From: Octopus sinensis
Taxonomy: Eukaryota
NCBI RefSeq assembly: GCF_006345805.1
Contig: NC_043013.1
Span: 27,280,001-27,344,000 of the forward strand
DNA length: 64,000 nt
Reading direction: 5' to 3'
Under the pieces are notes generated by a model that had not been told where the DNA came from, made no database searches, and saw only the letters and a list, made by a program, of their open reading frames with translations. The position numbers and the translations under genes are program-made. Positions 49,573 through 59,390 of this stretch are shown one piece after another. Position 1 is the first letter of the stretch; the number at the start of each line of letters is the position of its first letter.

Positions 49573-52500
49573 ATGCTAATATATCACCAATACAATTTGA
49601 TATCAGTGTTTCCACCTTTAGTCTTACACAGTACTGAGAATCACAATTTTAATCCAATAGCAACAATATCTGAGGTAAATTGGTCGGGTGGGGAATGTCA
49701 GGGGTGTATACAGATGGTCTGAGACTGAGCACAATGCTGCCTCTGTTTGTAGCAACCAAGTTGGTAGCTCCCCTTTTTGCCACCTGTTTTCGGTCGGATG
49801 GATTTAGGGATTTAACACTGGCTCTATCAGGCTGAAATACTCTACCTGTTTTATGTTAAAACTAGCCAGATCCAGCTTCTCATACCTACCCTACAACATC
49901 AGTCTAAAAATATACATTCACATCATTGAAATTTTGGAGATAATGCAGGATTAACTCAAAACAATTTTAATAAATTAGTATTGCTTTTGACAGGATAATC
50001 TGAATGCTAAAAGGATTAATGTTTGTCTTAGTCACAGACTCAATGCAAAGAGTGAAAGGCAGACTTCATCTCTTGCCTAGCTTAATACCACCAATGGGTA
50101 CCTTGAGTTTCTTTAATAGGGTCCACTCTGTCGCAAGCATTTACAACGGATGTCCAGTTTAAACCTTGAGTATTCAGATTACTTTGTCAAATGTAATGCT
50201 TATTTATTCACATTATAAATAACTGTGTGTGTGTAAGGGATATGTTACTCTTAGGAGACTGTAATTAATCATGCATTATCTTGCAGCAATTTCAATGATG
50301 TAATTGTTTATTTTTAGAACAACATTATAGGGTAGGTGTGAGAAGTCAAATCTAGCCAGTTTGAACATGGAATAGGCTAAATATTTGGCCTGTTTAAATG
50401 CTAAAAGGTTAAAAGCACTTTTTAACTAAAAAGATAAAACAAAAAAGAGGTGACACAAACCAATGACCTTTTTTTTAAATATAACCAAACGAATTACTCA
50501 ATCCCTTTAAAAGGTTAATTATTCAGGAATTGTATTTTTTTTTTTTTCAGCTGTGTCAGATCTGCCGTAAAGATGACAATGAAGCTGAGTTACTTCTCTG
50601 TGATGGCTGTGATAAAGGTTACCACACTTACTGCTTCAAGGTAACAAAATACATATTCTTTTTCCATGATTACTTTTTCTCTCTTGAGCTTCATTTTACT
50701 GTATTTTCTAGCATACAAATCAGTGAAGTATGTAGCATAAACATGTAGTGTAAGCATTTAAACATTGTCACCATCTTTCCAAATCCTTCAGCATTTCACA
50801 TGGAATTTTTGGTCTGGAGATTGAACTTGTATGCCAGAAAATACAGCTCTTTTCTCTTCTCGTTTTAATCTAAATATTATATTATCTTTTATCTGTGTCA
50901 GTCATGTTTATGTATGCTTATCTCTATATTTATCTTGTCTTTGTGACTATAAAGTGTTTATGTATGCATTTTTATGCTTATCAATGTGAACATATCAATA
51001 TTTATCTATGTGACTATATAACAGGTATGTGTTTTTTGTATGCATATATCTGTTCTAAATTAAAAATCAATATGATTTAGTTAGTATTCTTTATCATAAA
51101 TATAATACCAAAAATATAGAACGCTTTATTATTATTATTATTATTACTAAGAAGACAAGTGACCCATTATTTCATTTTATTGTAATAATTATATTTTCAG
51201 CCTAAAATGGAAACTATTCCTGATGGTGACTGGTACTGTTATGAATGTATTTCCAAAGTAAGCATCTTTGTGACTTTTTTTTTTTTTTTCATGAGGGTGG
51301 GGAGCATAAGCATTAAGCATGTTGCAGTATTTCTTCCAACTCTTTACATTCTGAGTTCTAATCTGCAATTGGTTTTGTTCTCTTGCCTCCAGGGTCGATA
51401 AAAGACAGTACCTGTCTAGTACTGGCCAACAATGATATCATGTGGCCCGCAGATGTCTAGATCAGTAGTTCTCAAATATGTTTTGTTTGTAGACCTCTTT
51501 GATCCTTATTTTACTCAAGGGGTGGAGCCCTCATAGCCAGTCAATGTCTAAAAACTCCTATTATATTTTTTATGATTAAATATTATTAGGAATCATAAAA
51601 TAATTATTAAAATATTTTATGCATTGTAGGTATATAACCTGTTTATTGCAGATAAATTTTAACAACAAAATCTTATATGGACCCTAGTTGAGAACCACTG
51701 CCTAGATGTTTGGATGTGGCAAGTGTAGCAGTCAGTTGTGGTTCTTACTGCAAGAGAATTAAATTTGACATCCTAGTTTCAAATCCTGTTTGGAGCCTTT
51801 TCATAAGGGGATTTTCAACGAGGGGAACTCAACCTTTTGAGTATTAAGTAACTTATTAATTAATTGAATTAAATAATTCATTTTTCAAAAATTAACTAAA
51901 AAAATGAACTTAACCTTACTTGATCAAGCCTATTCTGTAATACAAACTGACCAATGTTCTTGCTGTCGTCAGTCCATATTTCGGTCATATATTTCAGAAT
52001 TGTCTCAGAAATATGTTGTGTCCCCTTTTTTACTTTTACATGATAGGTAGTAATGTGTGTGTGGTTGATTGATTTGATTATTGTTGTTAGCAAGTCAAAT
52101 GACATAGCTACTCAGCTGTTGTCATTTAGCTCCAAATCCTAATTTAATGGGCCAAGACAATCTGGTTGTGACCTTCCTGACTCTTTGGGGAGTATCTTAG
52201 ACCATATAATCTAATATGTGTCCTTTTCTTTTAAAACAGCAGTGTCTGATCTGAGGGAGATTTGACTCCTTTTTCTATCTTTTCAAGGGACTGCATAAAG
52301 CAGTGATGGGCAAACTGAAGGATGTTTTGAATTGCACACTCAGCGAAAAATTACCTTGAAATTTTTTAGTAATGCCACCTGATAATGAGCTGTGTCTCAT
52401 GTGGCCCACTTCTTGAAAAAGGTTGTCCTTACCTGATGCAGACATTCCCCGATTGGTATGTCCCTTGTTGGCCCTTGTGAGCCTCGATCACACCATAAAT

Positions 52501-55500
52501 TTTAATTCATCCCATGTAGGAAACTATCTGCAATAGAGTAGCTAGCATACTATCCTGGAGAGATTTGTCTCTCATCCATGTAAAAACAAGGGATAATCAG
52601 TAATCCCATGGTGCAATGCAGAAAAGAATTAACCAAGATTTTAAGCTTAATCAGTAAGGATAATACTTTTTTTTCTTTTTTTCTTCCATTTTAGGCTACT
52701 GGAGTCCCTTGCTGTGTTGCTTGTGGCAAGAAAAATGGAAAACTGGCAACTTGTGATGAATGTCCTCGAGCTTTTCACATAGATTGTTTAATTCCTCCAT
52801 TGCAAAGGTAAATACTTGTCCAAAAAATCTTCGTTGTCTTTCAATAAATGCCATTATTTTTAGGGAAGGTAGCAAATTGGTAGCATCATAAAGAGTGTTG
52901 GGGGAAAAATGCTTTGTGCTATATGTCTGTCTCTTTAGGTTCTGGGATCAACTTTGCTTTTTGTCCAGGGCAGGTGGGGGCAGTGAAATAATGTACCAGT
53001 CAAAAATTGAGAGAAGGGGACCTTGCAATTACAAAACAAACTTCTCGAATATTTAATCATACTGCTCTGTATAACTGGTAATTAAACTTTATTTATTGGC
53101 CTATTGCAGAAGTGTGCAAGGCAAGTTTTGAACTCGGAATCAATAGATTCAAATATATCTAGCCAGGTACTTTACACATGCCAGTCCCTTCACAGCATGA
53201 AAGTACAGTGTAGAGACCAGCATGCCCAAGACTAGACCTAACATAAAAGACAATGAAAAGGGCTTGAGGTAGGATTTACATTCCGACCTCATAAAACCAT
53301 CACTAGCAACAACTACCCCAAACAGACCCATGGGTTGGAGGGTTATAGCCTGAGTGGTGCAAAGGTGTCATCTGCCAGGAATAGAAGGGAATCACCAACA
53401 AATGGTGGATGCAAGGGCAACACACTGTTACAGCACATACCCCTATACTACTACTACAAGATACTTTACAGTTTGACCCAACTCAACAGTCTTCAGCCTT
53501 ACTATTAAATAATATTAATTTGCTGTTTTATAGTAAGTACCATAGAGTTGAGGTAGATGTCAGGTAAGCATAATAATTCGAGAACAGGTTTTTAATCTAT
53601 GTTGTAACTGTTCTGTAGAAGTCTGCAGCTCAGTGGTTAGAACTGGTTCAGCTCAAGAGTTGGTTCTACAGTTGGCTGCACCATACTCCAGTTATCTGTT
53701 TTTGGCATGGTTTCTATGGCTAGATGCCTTCCTAATGCCAACCACTTTACAGAGTGTACTGGGTCCATTTTACGTGACGTCAGCACAGGTGCTTCTCATG
53801 TGGCACCAGCAAGGGTGCTTTATATGTGACATTAGCCCTAGCACTTCTTACATTTAAGTGGTACTAGTGAGGTTGCCAAGTGGCTTGCTAGACAAGGATG
53901 TCTCAGGTGAGGGACCGAAATAAGTGACTGTGTGCCAGGTGAGGTGTTGGAATATGATAGAGGGACAGGGATTGCTGTCTTACTACAGAGGAGATAATTG
54001 GCAGCCCCAGTAGGACAAGGGAGGGGAGGGAAGTGGGGGAGAGAAAATATGAAGATGATAGACTGTGGATCAGAGGGTGAGGAATTGGTTGGTGAGAGGA
54101 AAGTGACAGATATTTACTCACACATACATATCTATATATAAATGATCCTATCATTACTTGAATATATTCATCCTATTTATTCTCTCTTCATCAGGTTACC
54201 AAAAAAGTGGTTATGTGCATCCTGTGTGGCTGGAAAGGTAAGCATCTTATTTCATTTAATTTTTGTTTACTGTTTTATCTTGGAGAAAGAAGTTGGTACA
54301 ACTTATAGGACCAAGTGTAGCCAGAATCTTCTTGGCAACATTGCAGTAAATAATGTAAATCAGCAATTCTCAACCATTTCTGTGGACCCCTTTGGTTCCT
54401 GTTATACTCTACTGGACCCTAATGAACATTCAAAGTTTTAAAAAGTCCCATTATATTTTTCATCATCATCAACGTCCGTCCTCCTTCCGTGCTGGATGGT
54501 TTGACAGGAGCTGGACAGGCAGTTGACTGCACCAGACTTCTGTGTCTGTTTTTGAATGGTTTTTACTGCTGGATATCCTTCCAAACACCAACCACTCCAC
54601 AGAGTGGACCGAGTACATTTTACATGGCACCAGCACAAGCAAGGTTTTTACAGCTAGATGCTCTTCCGAACACCAACCACTTTGCAGTAATGATTGGGTG
54701 CTTTTTGCATGGCACCAACACTGGCAGAATCAAATATTATTAGGATTTGTATTTTTTAAAAATTGTTAAAATATTTTGTGCATTGTAGAACTCTAACCAA
54801 CTTATTGCAGATAAATTTCAACAACAAAATCTTATGTAGATCCCTTAGGGCCATTATATGGAACCCCAGTTGAGAACCACTGGTCTAAACATTCAAACAT
54901 TGTCCCTATTTTTTCTAAATCCTGCTGCATATCACATGGAGTTTTTAGTCCTCCAAAGTTGCCTTGGTCTGTGAATCAACCTCCCTTTTTTTTTATTTTT
55001 TGCTGTCCATTTTAGTCTGAAACATTCGACTTGTATGTCAGAAAATACACAAAGCATATTTTACATGTTCTGTTGTACTTTCCTTTTCATTAAAATCACT
55101 TCTTGTGCAACAAAAGGACAGAATAATTCATTTTCCTGTCTTTCTTTTTCTTTTTACAGGGTACAAAGAAATCAAAGCGTGGGCGGAAAAAAAAAGAAGA
55201 AACTATAAAAAAGGAAAAAAAAAATTTGGAAAACAGCAAATCAGACGAAGAAAAGAAAAAGGAACAATTTGCTAAAGAAATGGCATGTTGCAAGTAAGTT
55301 TCTTTCTTCTATATTAGTTTTTAAGTATTTTTTTAAAATTTCTGAAAGGCAAAGGTGATCAGTCATACTGTATGAAGTTTATAAAAAAGCCAAATTTTGC
55401 AACCATATAATTTTGGGTTCAGTCCCACTGCACAGCACTGTGGGCAAATGTCTTCTGTTATAGCCCTAGGCTGACCAATGCCTTGTGAGTAAATTTGGTG

Positions 55501-57896
55501 GGTAAGGTAATTCTTCAATGACTCACAAAGATTGTGTTGTGTTCACTGACCAATTCTAGTTTCCAAAACCCATTTTTGGCTGTGCAGTGAAGAAGTCGGC
55601 TTTACAATGAAATGGACTTAGATTTGACTCCAGGCAAGAATCCTAATATCTTCTATTTTAGTCTCTTCTGCTAAAACTTCGGGTTTTTTAATACTGATAT
55701 GGTTTTTGATATTTTCTTTAATTTCTGCTTCTCTTCAGAACCATTCTTTTGGAACTGGAAAAAAACAAAAATGGTTGGCCATTTTTGCAACCTGTGAATT
55801 TAAAACAGTTTCCATCATATAAGAAATATATAAAGAAACCAATGGATTTTAATTCAATGAAAATAAAACTCAGGGATAATCAGTAAGTAAAGTTTTCACT
55901 GTTACTGTTGTCATTATCACCTTGCACCTCAGGGTCACAGTTTTGCTTCTTTTTCATGTGTGTGTGTTTGTATATATCATCATTATCATCATCATTTAAC
56001 TTCTGCTTTCCATGCTGGAATGATTAGACGGTTTGACTGGAACCAGTAAGCAGGAGGGCTGCACCAGATTCCAATCTGATTTGGCATGGTTCCTATGATT
56101 GGATACCCTTCCTAACACCAATCTATGAGAGAGTAATGGGTACTTTTTACATGCCACTGGCACAGGTGCCATTATGACTATGATCGGCAATGGCCACAAC
56201 TATATAATCATCATCATCATCGTCATTTAATGTCCGTTTTCCATGCTAGCATGGGTTGGACAGCTCAACCGGGGTCTGGGAAGCCAGGAGGCTGCACCAG
56301 GCTCCAGTCTGATCTGGCAGTGTTTCTACAGGTGGATGCCCTTCCTAATGCCAACCACTCTGTGAGTGTAGTGGGTGCTTTTTACGTGCCACCGGCACGG
56401 AAGCCAGTCAAGGCGGCGCTGGCATCGGCCACGTTCGAATGGTGCTTTTTACGTGCCACCGGCACAGGGATCACAACTACAATTTCCATTGATTTTTGAT
56501 GTTGATGTACTTATAAAATATGGGGATTTAGTTCACAGGTAATCTAAACAACTAGGTATGCTGGGTAAGTGCTGTAACGGATTACCAGGGTCCCAAGGTT
56601 ATAGCTGGGATGGGAGTTATGGAACGATTGTAGATTTCCGATATAGCAGATATATAATTGTTAAAGAGGACAACAAATGTTAAGGCAAGACAACCATCTC
56701 AAATCATATACATTATTACTATTATTGGAAAAAGTCCAAAGCCTTACAGCTGTTTCTGAGATATCCCAGAGTATGGGATGTTCCATCATCAGAGACAAAT
56801 TGGGAAAATAAGAAGGGTATAAGATTAATGAAATGAAGAAAAATAAGAAAAAAGCATAAAAGTTCACAGTTCAACTTTCCAATCGTGTAGATGTTAGTCC
56901 ATAAGTCCAACACATATATACATACACATATATATACACACATGTATAAGGGCAGGCATGGCTGAGTGGTTAAGGAGCTTGCTTCCCAACCAATGTGGTT
57001 TGGGGTTCAGTCCCACTGTGTGGTACCTTGGACAAGTGTGGATATTGTAAATGAAAACTGGAAGAAGCCTGTCATGTATATATGTTTGTTTGTGTTGCCA
57101 CATTTTGACATCATGTGATAGTTGTAAAGTGGTTGAACACTGGGATTGATATAATTGATTTGCCCCGCCCCTGAATTTGCTGGCCTTGTACCACAATTTG
57201 AGATTATTATTATTACTATTATTATTATTATTAATTACGTTCTGAGTTCAAATTCCGCCGAGGTCGACTTCGCCTTTCATCCTTTCGGGGTCAATAAATT
57301 AAGTACCAGTTACACACTGGGGTCGGTGTAATCGACTTAATCCGTTTGTCTGTCCTTGTTTGTCCTCCCTGTGTTTAGCCCCTTGTGGGTAGTAAAGAAA
57401 TATATATATTATTATTATTATTATTATTATTAAGGCAGTGAGCTACCAGGCGAAATGCTCAGCAGTATTTAACCCGTTGCTGTATTCTGAGTTCAAATTC
57501 CACCTATGTTGACTTTACCTTTCATCCTTTGAGCTTTGAGGATGGATAAAATAAGTACCAGTTAAACACTGGGGTTGATGTAATCGACATGCCCCTTCCC
57601 CACAATAGCTGCCCTTGTGGCAAAATTTGAAACCTTTATTATTATTATTATTATTATTATTTCTTCTGTTGTATAGATATAAATCAAAGGACCAGTTTGC
57701 TGCCGACACTCACCTAATATTCGACAACTGTGAAATATTCAACGAGGACGATTCAGAGGTTGGCAATGCTGGCCACGCTTTGCGCCGCTATTTCATAAAG
57801 CGCTGGAACGAACTGTTAGGTGACAACAAAAACCAAGATGAAGAAACATCAACGACCAAAGCCTCGAACGATGAAGGTTCACCAGATGACAGCTAA
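19269..57896 (+). CDS. BAZ2B: Bromodomain adjacent to zinc finger domain protein 2B / toutatis ortholog, 5'-partial, 23 coding exons, about 1287 aa in window
   Basis: Hand-spliced GT-AG exons total 3864 nt, join in frame and end at TAA 57894-57896. Recognisable BAZ2B motifs occur in the expected order: [86 protein letters not shown]...PMDF...[12 protein letters not shown]. Confidence 0.96.
20848..20959 (-). mobile_element. 5'-truncated retroposon with a 13-bp TSD, inserted in a hAT MITE
   Basis: TSD ATAACCAATTTAT at 20835-20847 and 20960-20972; (AAC)n-like tail on the minus strand. Confidence 0.75.
21290..21775 (+). mobile_element. RTE-type LINE 3' fragment (ORF C-terminus duplicated, then 3' UTR and (GAT)n)
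   Basis: cttcggacgttgggcctc occurs twice and translates [20 protein letters not shown], typical of an RTE ORF end; also an internal tandem repeat of about 25 bp. Confidence 0.65.
22054..22119 (+). CDS. BAZ2B: BAZ2B exon ([22 protein letters not shown])
   Basis: tttcag / gtaagg boundaries, phase 0; conserved ERERRRQHM. Confidence 0.93.
22517..22579 (+). CDS. BAZ2B: BAZ2B exon ([21 protein letters not shown])
   Basis: ttctag / gtgtgt boundaries, phase 0. Confidence 0.88.
22687..22764 (+). CDS. BAZ2B: BAZ2B exon ([26 protein letters not shown])
   Basis: tttcag / gtttgt boundaries; ELKKPxEDM motif. Confidence 0.93.
23168..23560 (+). mobile_element. Decayed RTE-clade reverse transcriptase C-terminal fragment
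   Basis: [16 protein letters not shown]...[13 protein letters not shown]...[23 protein letters not shown] resembles the RTE GHVxR / RGRP / WxD motifs and has in-frame stops. Confidence 0.75.
24035..24146 (+). CDS. BAZ2B: BAZ2B exon, DDT domain start ([37 protein letters not shown])
   Basis: acttag / gtaagt boundaries; DDT-like FxDxLMVxxFxxNF. Confidence 0.93.
25545..25764 (+). mobile_element. piggyBac-type MITE, same family as 6235-6452
   Basis: TTAA at 25541-25544 and 25765-25768 flanking CCCTTTAG...CTAAAGGG. Confidence 0.85.
25946..26088 (+). CDS. BAZ2B: BAZ2B exon, DDT domain ([16 protein letters not shown]...[13 protein letters not shown])
   Basis: ttgcag / gtgagg boundaries; phase matches the previous exon. 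Confidence 0.9.
27205..27312 (+). CDS. BAZ2B: BAZ2B exon ([36 protein letters not shown])
   Basis: ttttag / gtaaaa boundaries; resembles BAZ2B TALGEHL...SEILQIF. Confidence 0.9.
27821..27983 (+). mobile_element. tRNA-derived CORE-like SINE (family B); many copies in the window
   Basis: A box tggttgtgtggt, B box ggttcagtccc, accttgggc...gtgtcttc core, ending in (TA)n; other copies near 18050, 32485, 38595, 47630, 55400, 56955 and 60130. Confidence 0.75.
27984..28414. repeat. Interrupted (TA)n tract of about 430 bp with TATG and TGCATA variants
   Basis: Direct reading. Confidence 0.95.
28415..29010 (+). mobile_element. LINE 3' end (RTE-type) with an internal duplication of about 190 bp and a (GAT)n tail
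   Basis: Tail ggcgttaggaagggcatcc...ccaacccatgctagcatggagaacggacgttaaac(GAT)n recurs across the window; at 21470-21770 the same tail follows an RTE ORF end. Confidence 0.7.
29047..29649 (+). mobile_element. Duplicate copy of the LINE 3' end at 28415-29010
   Basis: 632-bp offset copy. Confidence 0.7.
30310..30610 (+). mobile_element. Second decayed copy of the same RTE fragment
   Basis: [11 protein letters not shown]...[25 protein letters not shown]; nucleotide similarity to 23270-23560. Confidence 0.7.
31206..31315 (+). CDS. BAZ2B: BAZ2B exon, WHIM1 ([36 protein letters not shown])
   Basis: cttcag / gtaagt boundaries; QKASVLAFL motif. Confidence 0.94.
32256..32330 (+). CDS. BAZ2B: BAZ2B exon ([24 protein letters not shown])
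   Basis: aaacag / gtaaat boundaries; LRRDKWxVEGKLR motif. Confidence 0.94.
33710..33911 (+). CDS. BAZ2B: BAZ2B exon ([15 protein letters not shown]...[11 protein letters not shown]...SEGE)
   Basis: tttcag / gtaaga boundaries; LRIIxAKK followed by an acidic linker; phases fit. Confidence 0.9.
34840..34896 (+). CDS. BAZ2B: BAZ2B exon ([19 protein letters not shown])
   Basis: ttttag / gtgagt boundaries; resembles BAZ2B EKQIEKLSK. Confidence 0.88.
36448..37687 (+). CDS. BAZ2B: BAZ2B large exon (1240 nt), WHIM2 plus acidic and S/N/P-rich linker
   Basis: tcgcag / gtattt boundaries; [16 protein letters not shown]...FVEG and [14 protein letters not shown]; the longest ORF in the track (459 aa). 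Confidence 0.95.
37771..38450 (+). mobile_element. Three to four tandem family-A SINE copies just after the large exon
   Basis: aggcggtgagctggc head, ttctgagttcaaat and gcctttcatcc modules repeated head to tail. Confidence 0.8.
40930..41480. repeat. Purine-rich low-complexity tract, probably a minus-strand LINE 3' UTR remnant
   Basis: Strong G/A bias on the + strand following a minus-strand LINE tail; similar tracts at about 7700-7900 and 53900-54110. Confidence 0.45.
43060..43380 (-). mobile_element. Two decayed family-A SINE copies, minus strand
   Basis: gaaaggatgaaaggcaaagtcaac and gattctgcc modules. Confidence 0.65.
43477..43635 (+). CDS. BAZ2B: BAZ2B exon, WHIM3 ([38 protein letters not shown])
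   Basis: Polypyrimidine tract followed by an AAG acceptor, gtcagt donor; LHPRGIREK motif. Confidence 0.92.
44394..44613 (+). mobile_element. piggyBac-type MITE, same family
   Basis: TTAA flanks; internal match to 6235-6452. Confidence 0.75.
44760..44977 (+). CDS. BAZ2B: BAZ2B exon (LKIQVREEF...[13 protein letters not shown] plus [15 protein letters not shown]); 3' boundary uncertain
   Basis: aaacag acceptor; best donor AAG|gtaaga at 44978; an in-frame alternative donor CAA|gttaag at 44927. Confidence 0.8.
45934..46109 (+). CDS. BAZ2B: BAZ2B exon (GSKLPPKP...[21 protein letters not shown])
   Basis: ctttag / gtaagt boundaries; [14 protein letters not shown] motif. Confidence 0.93.
46927..47088. 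repeat. Minisatellite, 6 copies of a 29-bp unit containing the hairpin ATAATGA-TGGC-TCATTAT
   Basis: Units start at 46927, 46956, 46984, 47013, 47042 and 47071. Confidence 0.92.
47093..47213. mobile_element. Tc1/mariner-type MITE (121 bp, TIRs of about 38 bp, TA TSD)
   Basis: TA|TTAGGTTGAGGAAGAGTTTATGCGCTGTGTTAAAATAATG with an inverted counterpart ending AACCTAG|TA. Confidence 0.78.
47990..48200 (+). CDS. BAZ2B: BAZ2B exon (IQISLSNI...GLLTWRNAV...[11 protein letters not shown])
   Basis: ttgcag / gtaatt boundaries; [11 protein letters not shown] motif. Confidence 0.93.
50551..50640 (+). CDS. BAZ2B: BAZ2B exon, PHD finger 1 N-half ([30 protein letters not shown])
   Basis: tttcag / gtaaca boundaries; C4H ligands. 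Confidence 0.95.
51201..51257 (+). CDS. BAZ2B: BAZ2B exon, PHD finger 1 C-half ([19 protein letters not shown])
   Basis: tttcag / gtaagc boundaries; IPDGDWYC motif. Confidence 0.95.
51463..51700. mobile_element. hAT-type MITE
   Basis: TIRs cagtagttctcaa / ttgagaaccactg with CTAGAT-containing flanks; related copies at about 20657-21030 and 54361-54881. Confidence 0.7.
52695..52807 (+). CDS. BAZ2B: BAZ2B exon, PHD finger 2 ([37 protein letters not shown])
   Basis: ttttag / gtaaat boundaries; CxxC...CxxC...HxxC spacing. Confidence 0.92.
54195..54237 (+). CDS. BAZ2B: BAZ2B exon, PHD finger 2 end ([14 protein letters not shown])
   Basis: catcag / gtaagc boundaries; WxCxxC motif. Confidence 0.92.
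55160..55293 (+). CDS. BAZ2B: BAZ2B exon, basic linker / putative NLS ([14 protein letters not shown]...KEMACC)
   Basis: ttacag / gtaagt boundaries; the frame stays open across the A-runs and phases fit. Confidence 0.88.
55739..55882 (+). CDS. BAZ2B: BAZ2B exon, bromodomain N-half ([47 protein letters not shown])
   Basis: cttcag / gtaagt boundaries; WPF shelf and PMDF motif. Confidence 0.95.
56214..56500 (-). mobile_element. RTE-type LINE 3' end, minus strand, with a repeated GTGCC-GGT-GGCAC hairpin module
   Basis: Reverse complement matches the 28790-29000 tail; (GAT)n tail at about 56214-56226. Confidence 0.7.
56741..56796 (-). ncRNA. Candidate type I hammerhead ribozyme, Penelope-like (palindromic helix III)
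   Basis: Minus strand reads GUCU-CUGAUGA-[UGGAACAUCCCA UACUC UGGGAUAUCUCA]-GAA-ACAGCUGU-A^AGGC, with all core nucleotides present and a GUA cleavage triplet. Confidence 0.6.
57235..57635 (+). mobile_element. Two family-A SINE copies in the last intron
   Basis: CpG-rich 5'-truncated copy at about 57235-57402, then a second copy at about 57432-57635. Confidence 0.8.
57677..57896 (+). CDS. BAZ2B: BAZ2B last coding exon, bromodomain C-half to stop ([43 protein letters not shown]...DDS*)
   Basis: gtatag acceptor; conserved acetyl-lysine-binding Asn in FNEDDS; TAA at 57894-57896. Confidence 0.95.
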
Positions 57897-59076
57897 TGCT
57901 TCATTTATTTTTCCTAATTACAAAATAACAATACAAATCCACCCCCACCTCCTTCACAATTTGCAAAATTACAAAAAAAAAAACATTTTTTTTTGTTAAT
58001 GGTTACTGCTCCCCACTCTCCTTACGTACCCCCCACCCTTCCAAAAAAATGTTTGTATTTTGCATATTTCCAATATCTTATGTGAATACTACTATAACAA
58101 CTACATTTGTAAATTTCCCATAATGCATAAGTTAAATTTTAGTGTAATCCATGTGTTCAAATGCCTGCTAATGTCTGCATAACTGCCATCTGTTGTTTTT
58201 GTCTTGTTTTGTTTTCAATGAGCACATACATACATACATATATATATACATACATATATATATATAGTTATGTATCGGTGTACCTGTGTAGGGAGGTAGA
58301 GGAGGGTGATAGTGAGAGTTGGTGCGTGCATGTGTGTGCGTGTGCATGGATGTGTGTTTGTGTGTAAATACACTCATACCAGTATGATTCAGTTTGGTTT
58401 TTTTGTTTTCCTTTCATTAAGGATATCTATAAAATTTGCCAAAAGTTAAGAAAACATTATGCAATAATTGTACCCACTTTTGTGGCAACTTTCGTAAACT
58501 ACAATGCAAAAAAAAAAGAAAAAAAGCCACATTTTGAGCAGGAGTTTATAACGACATCTGATAATTTGGTCAATCCAGCAATACATACAATATATATATA
58601 TATATATATATATATTCACACATCAAGTTATATATTCTGTACACTCTCTCTCTCTCTCTCGTAATTAGTGCTTCAACATTTTCACCAGGAACACTAGGTT
58701 AATAAGTGAAAATTCCAAATGAACCACAATTTTGACTTTTGTTTTCATCTTCTAGTTTCGTGTCCCCCATTTAACTTCTTAGAAGACATTCTCATCGCAA
58801 AATACAGATTCTTCCTGCTCTGTTTAGCTTTTGCTTCATCAATCCAAAAGCTTGGCAGTTATCAAAAATAATGTATTTTTCACTAATGTTTTAGGGGTTT
58901 CTTAATTTTGGTCTTATTTGCTGAATTAACGAGTTTCCCTTTAATTAAGTGATGACTTTGAATGCATTTTGATTTCCTTAGCAGTTTGTCTGATCTTCAT
59001 CAGAGCTTGTGTTCATCTATTGCGACTTGAACAATATCGGCCATTGACCTATATGTATAAACATATTCCAACATAC

Positions 59077-59117
<41 letters not shown>

Positions 59118-59390
59118 GTTTATGTCTGTTTTTTTGCATGCACACACATGCACATGTGGCCCCTCTAATGCCCTCATGCATTTAGTTTCATTCATTCTCA
59201 TGATTTTCTTAGTTCAGACCCTACCAGAGTTTTTTTTTTTTTTAGAAGCAATTATTTCAAACTATTTATTTTTAATTATACACAAAAAAGAAAATGTTTA
59301 AAAATCAATAATTTTCACATTTACCATAAAAGAATCTGCTGTATATATTTTAGAGCTTCTAAATAAATAACATTTTACAACAATAATAAT
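57897..59390 (+). other. Putative BAZ2B 3' UTR
   Basis: U-rich sequence after the stop; the first AATAAA I could find is at 59362-59367; the true end needs transcript data. Confidence 0.35.
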
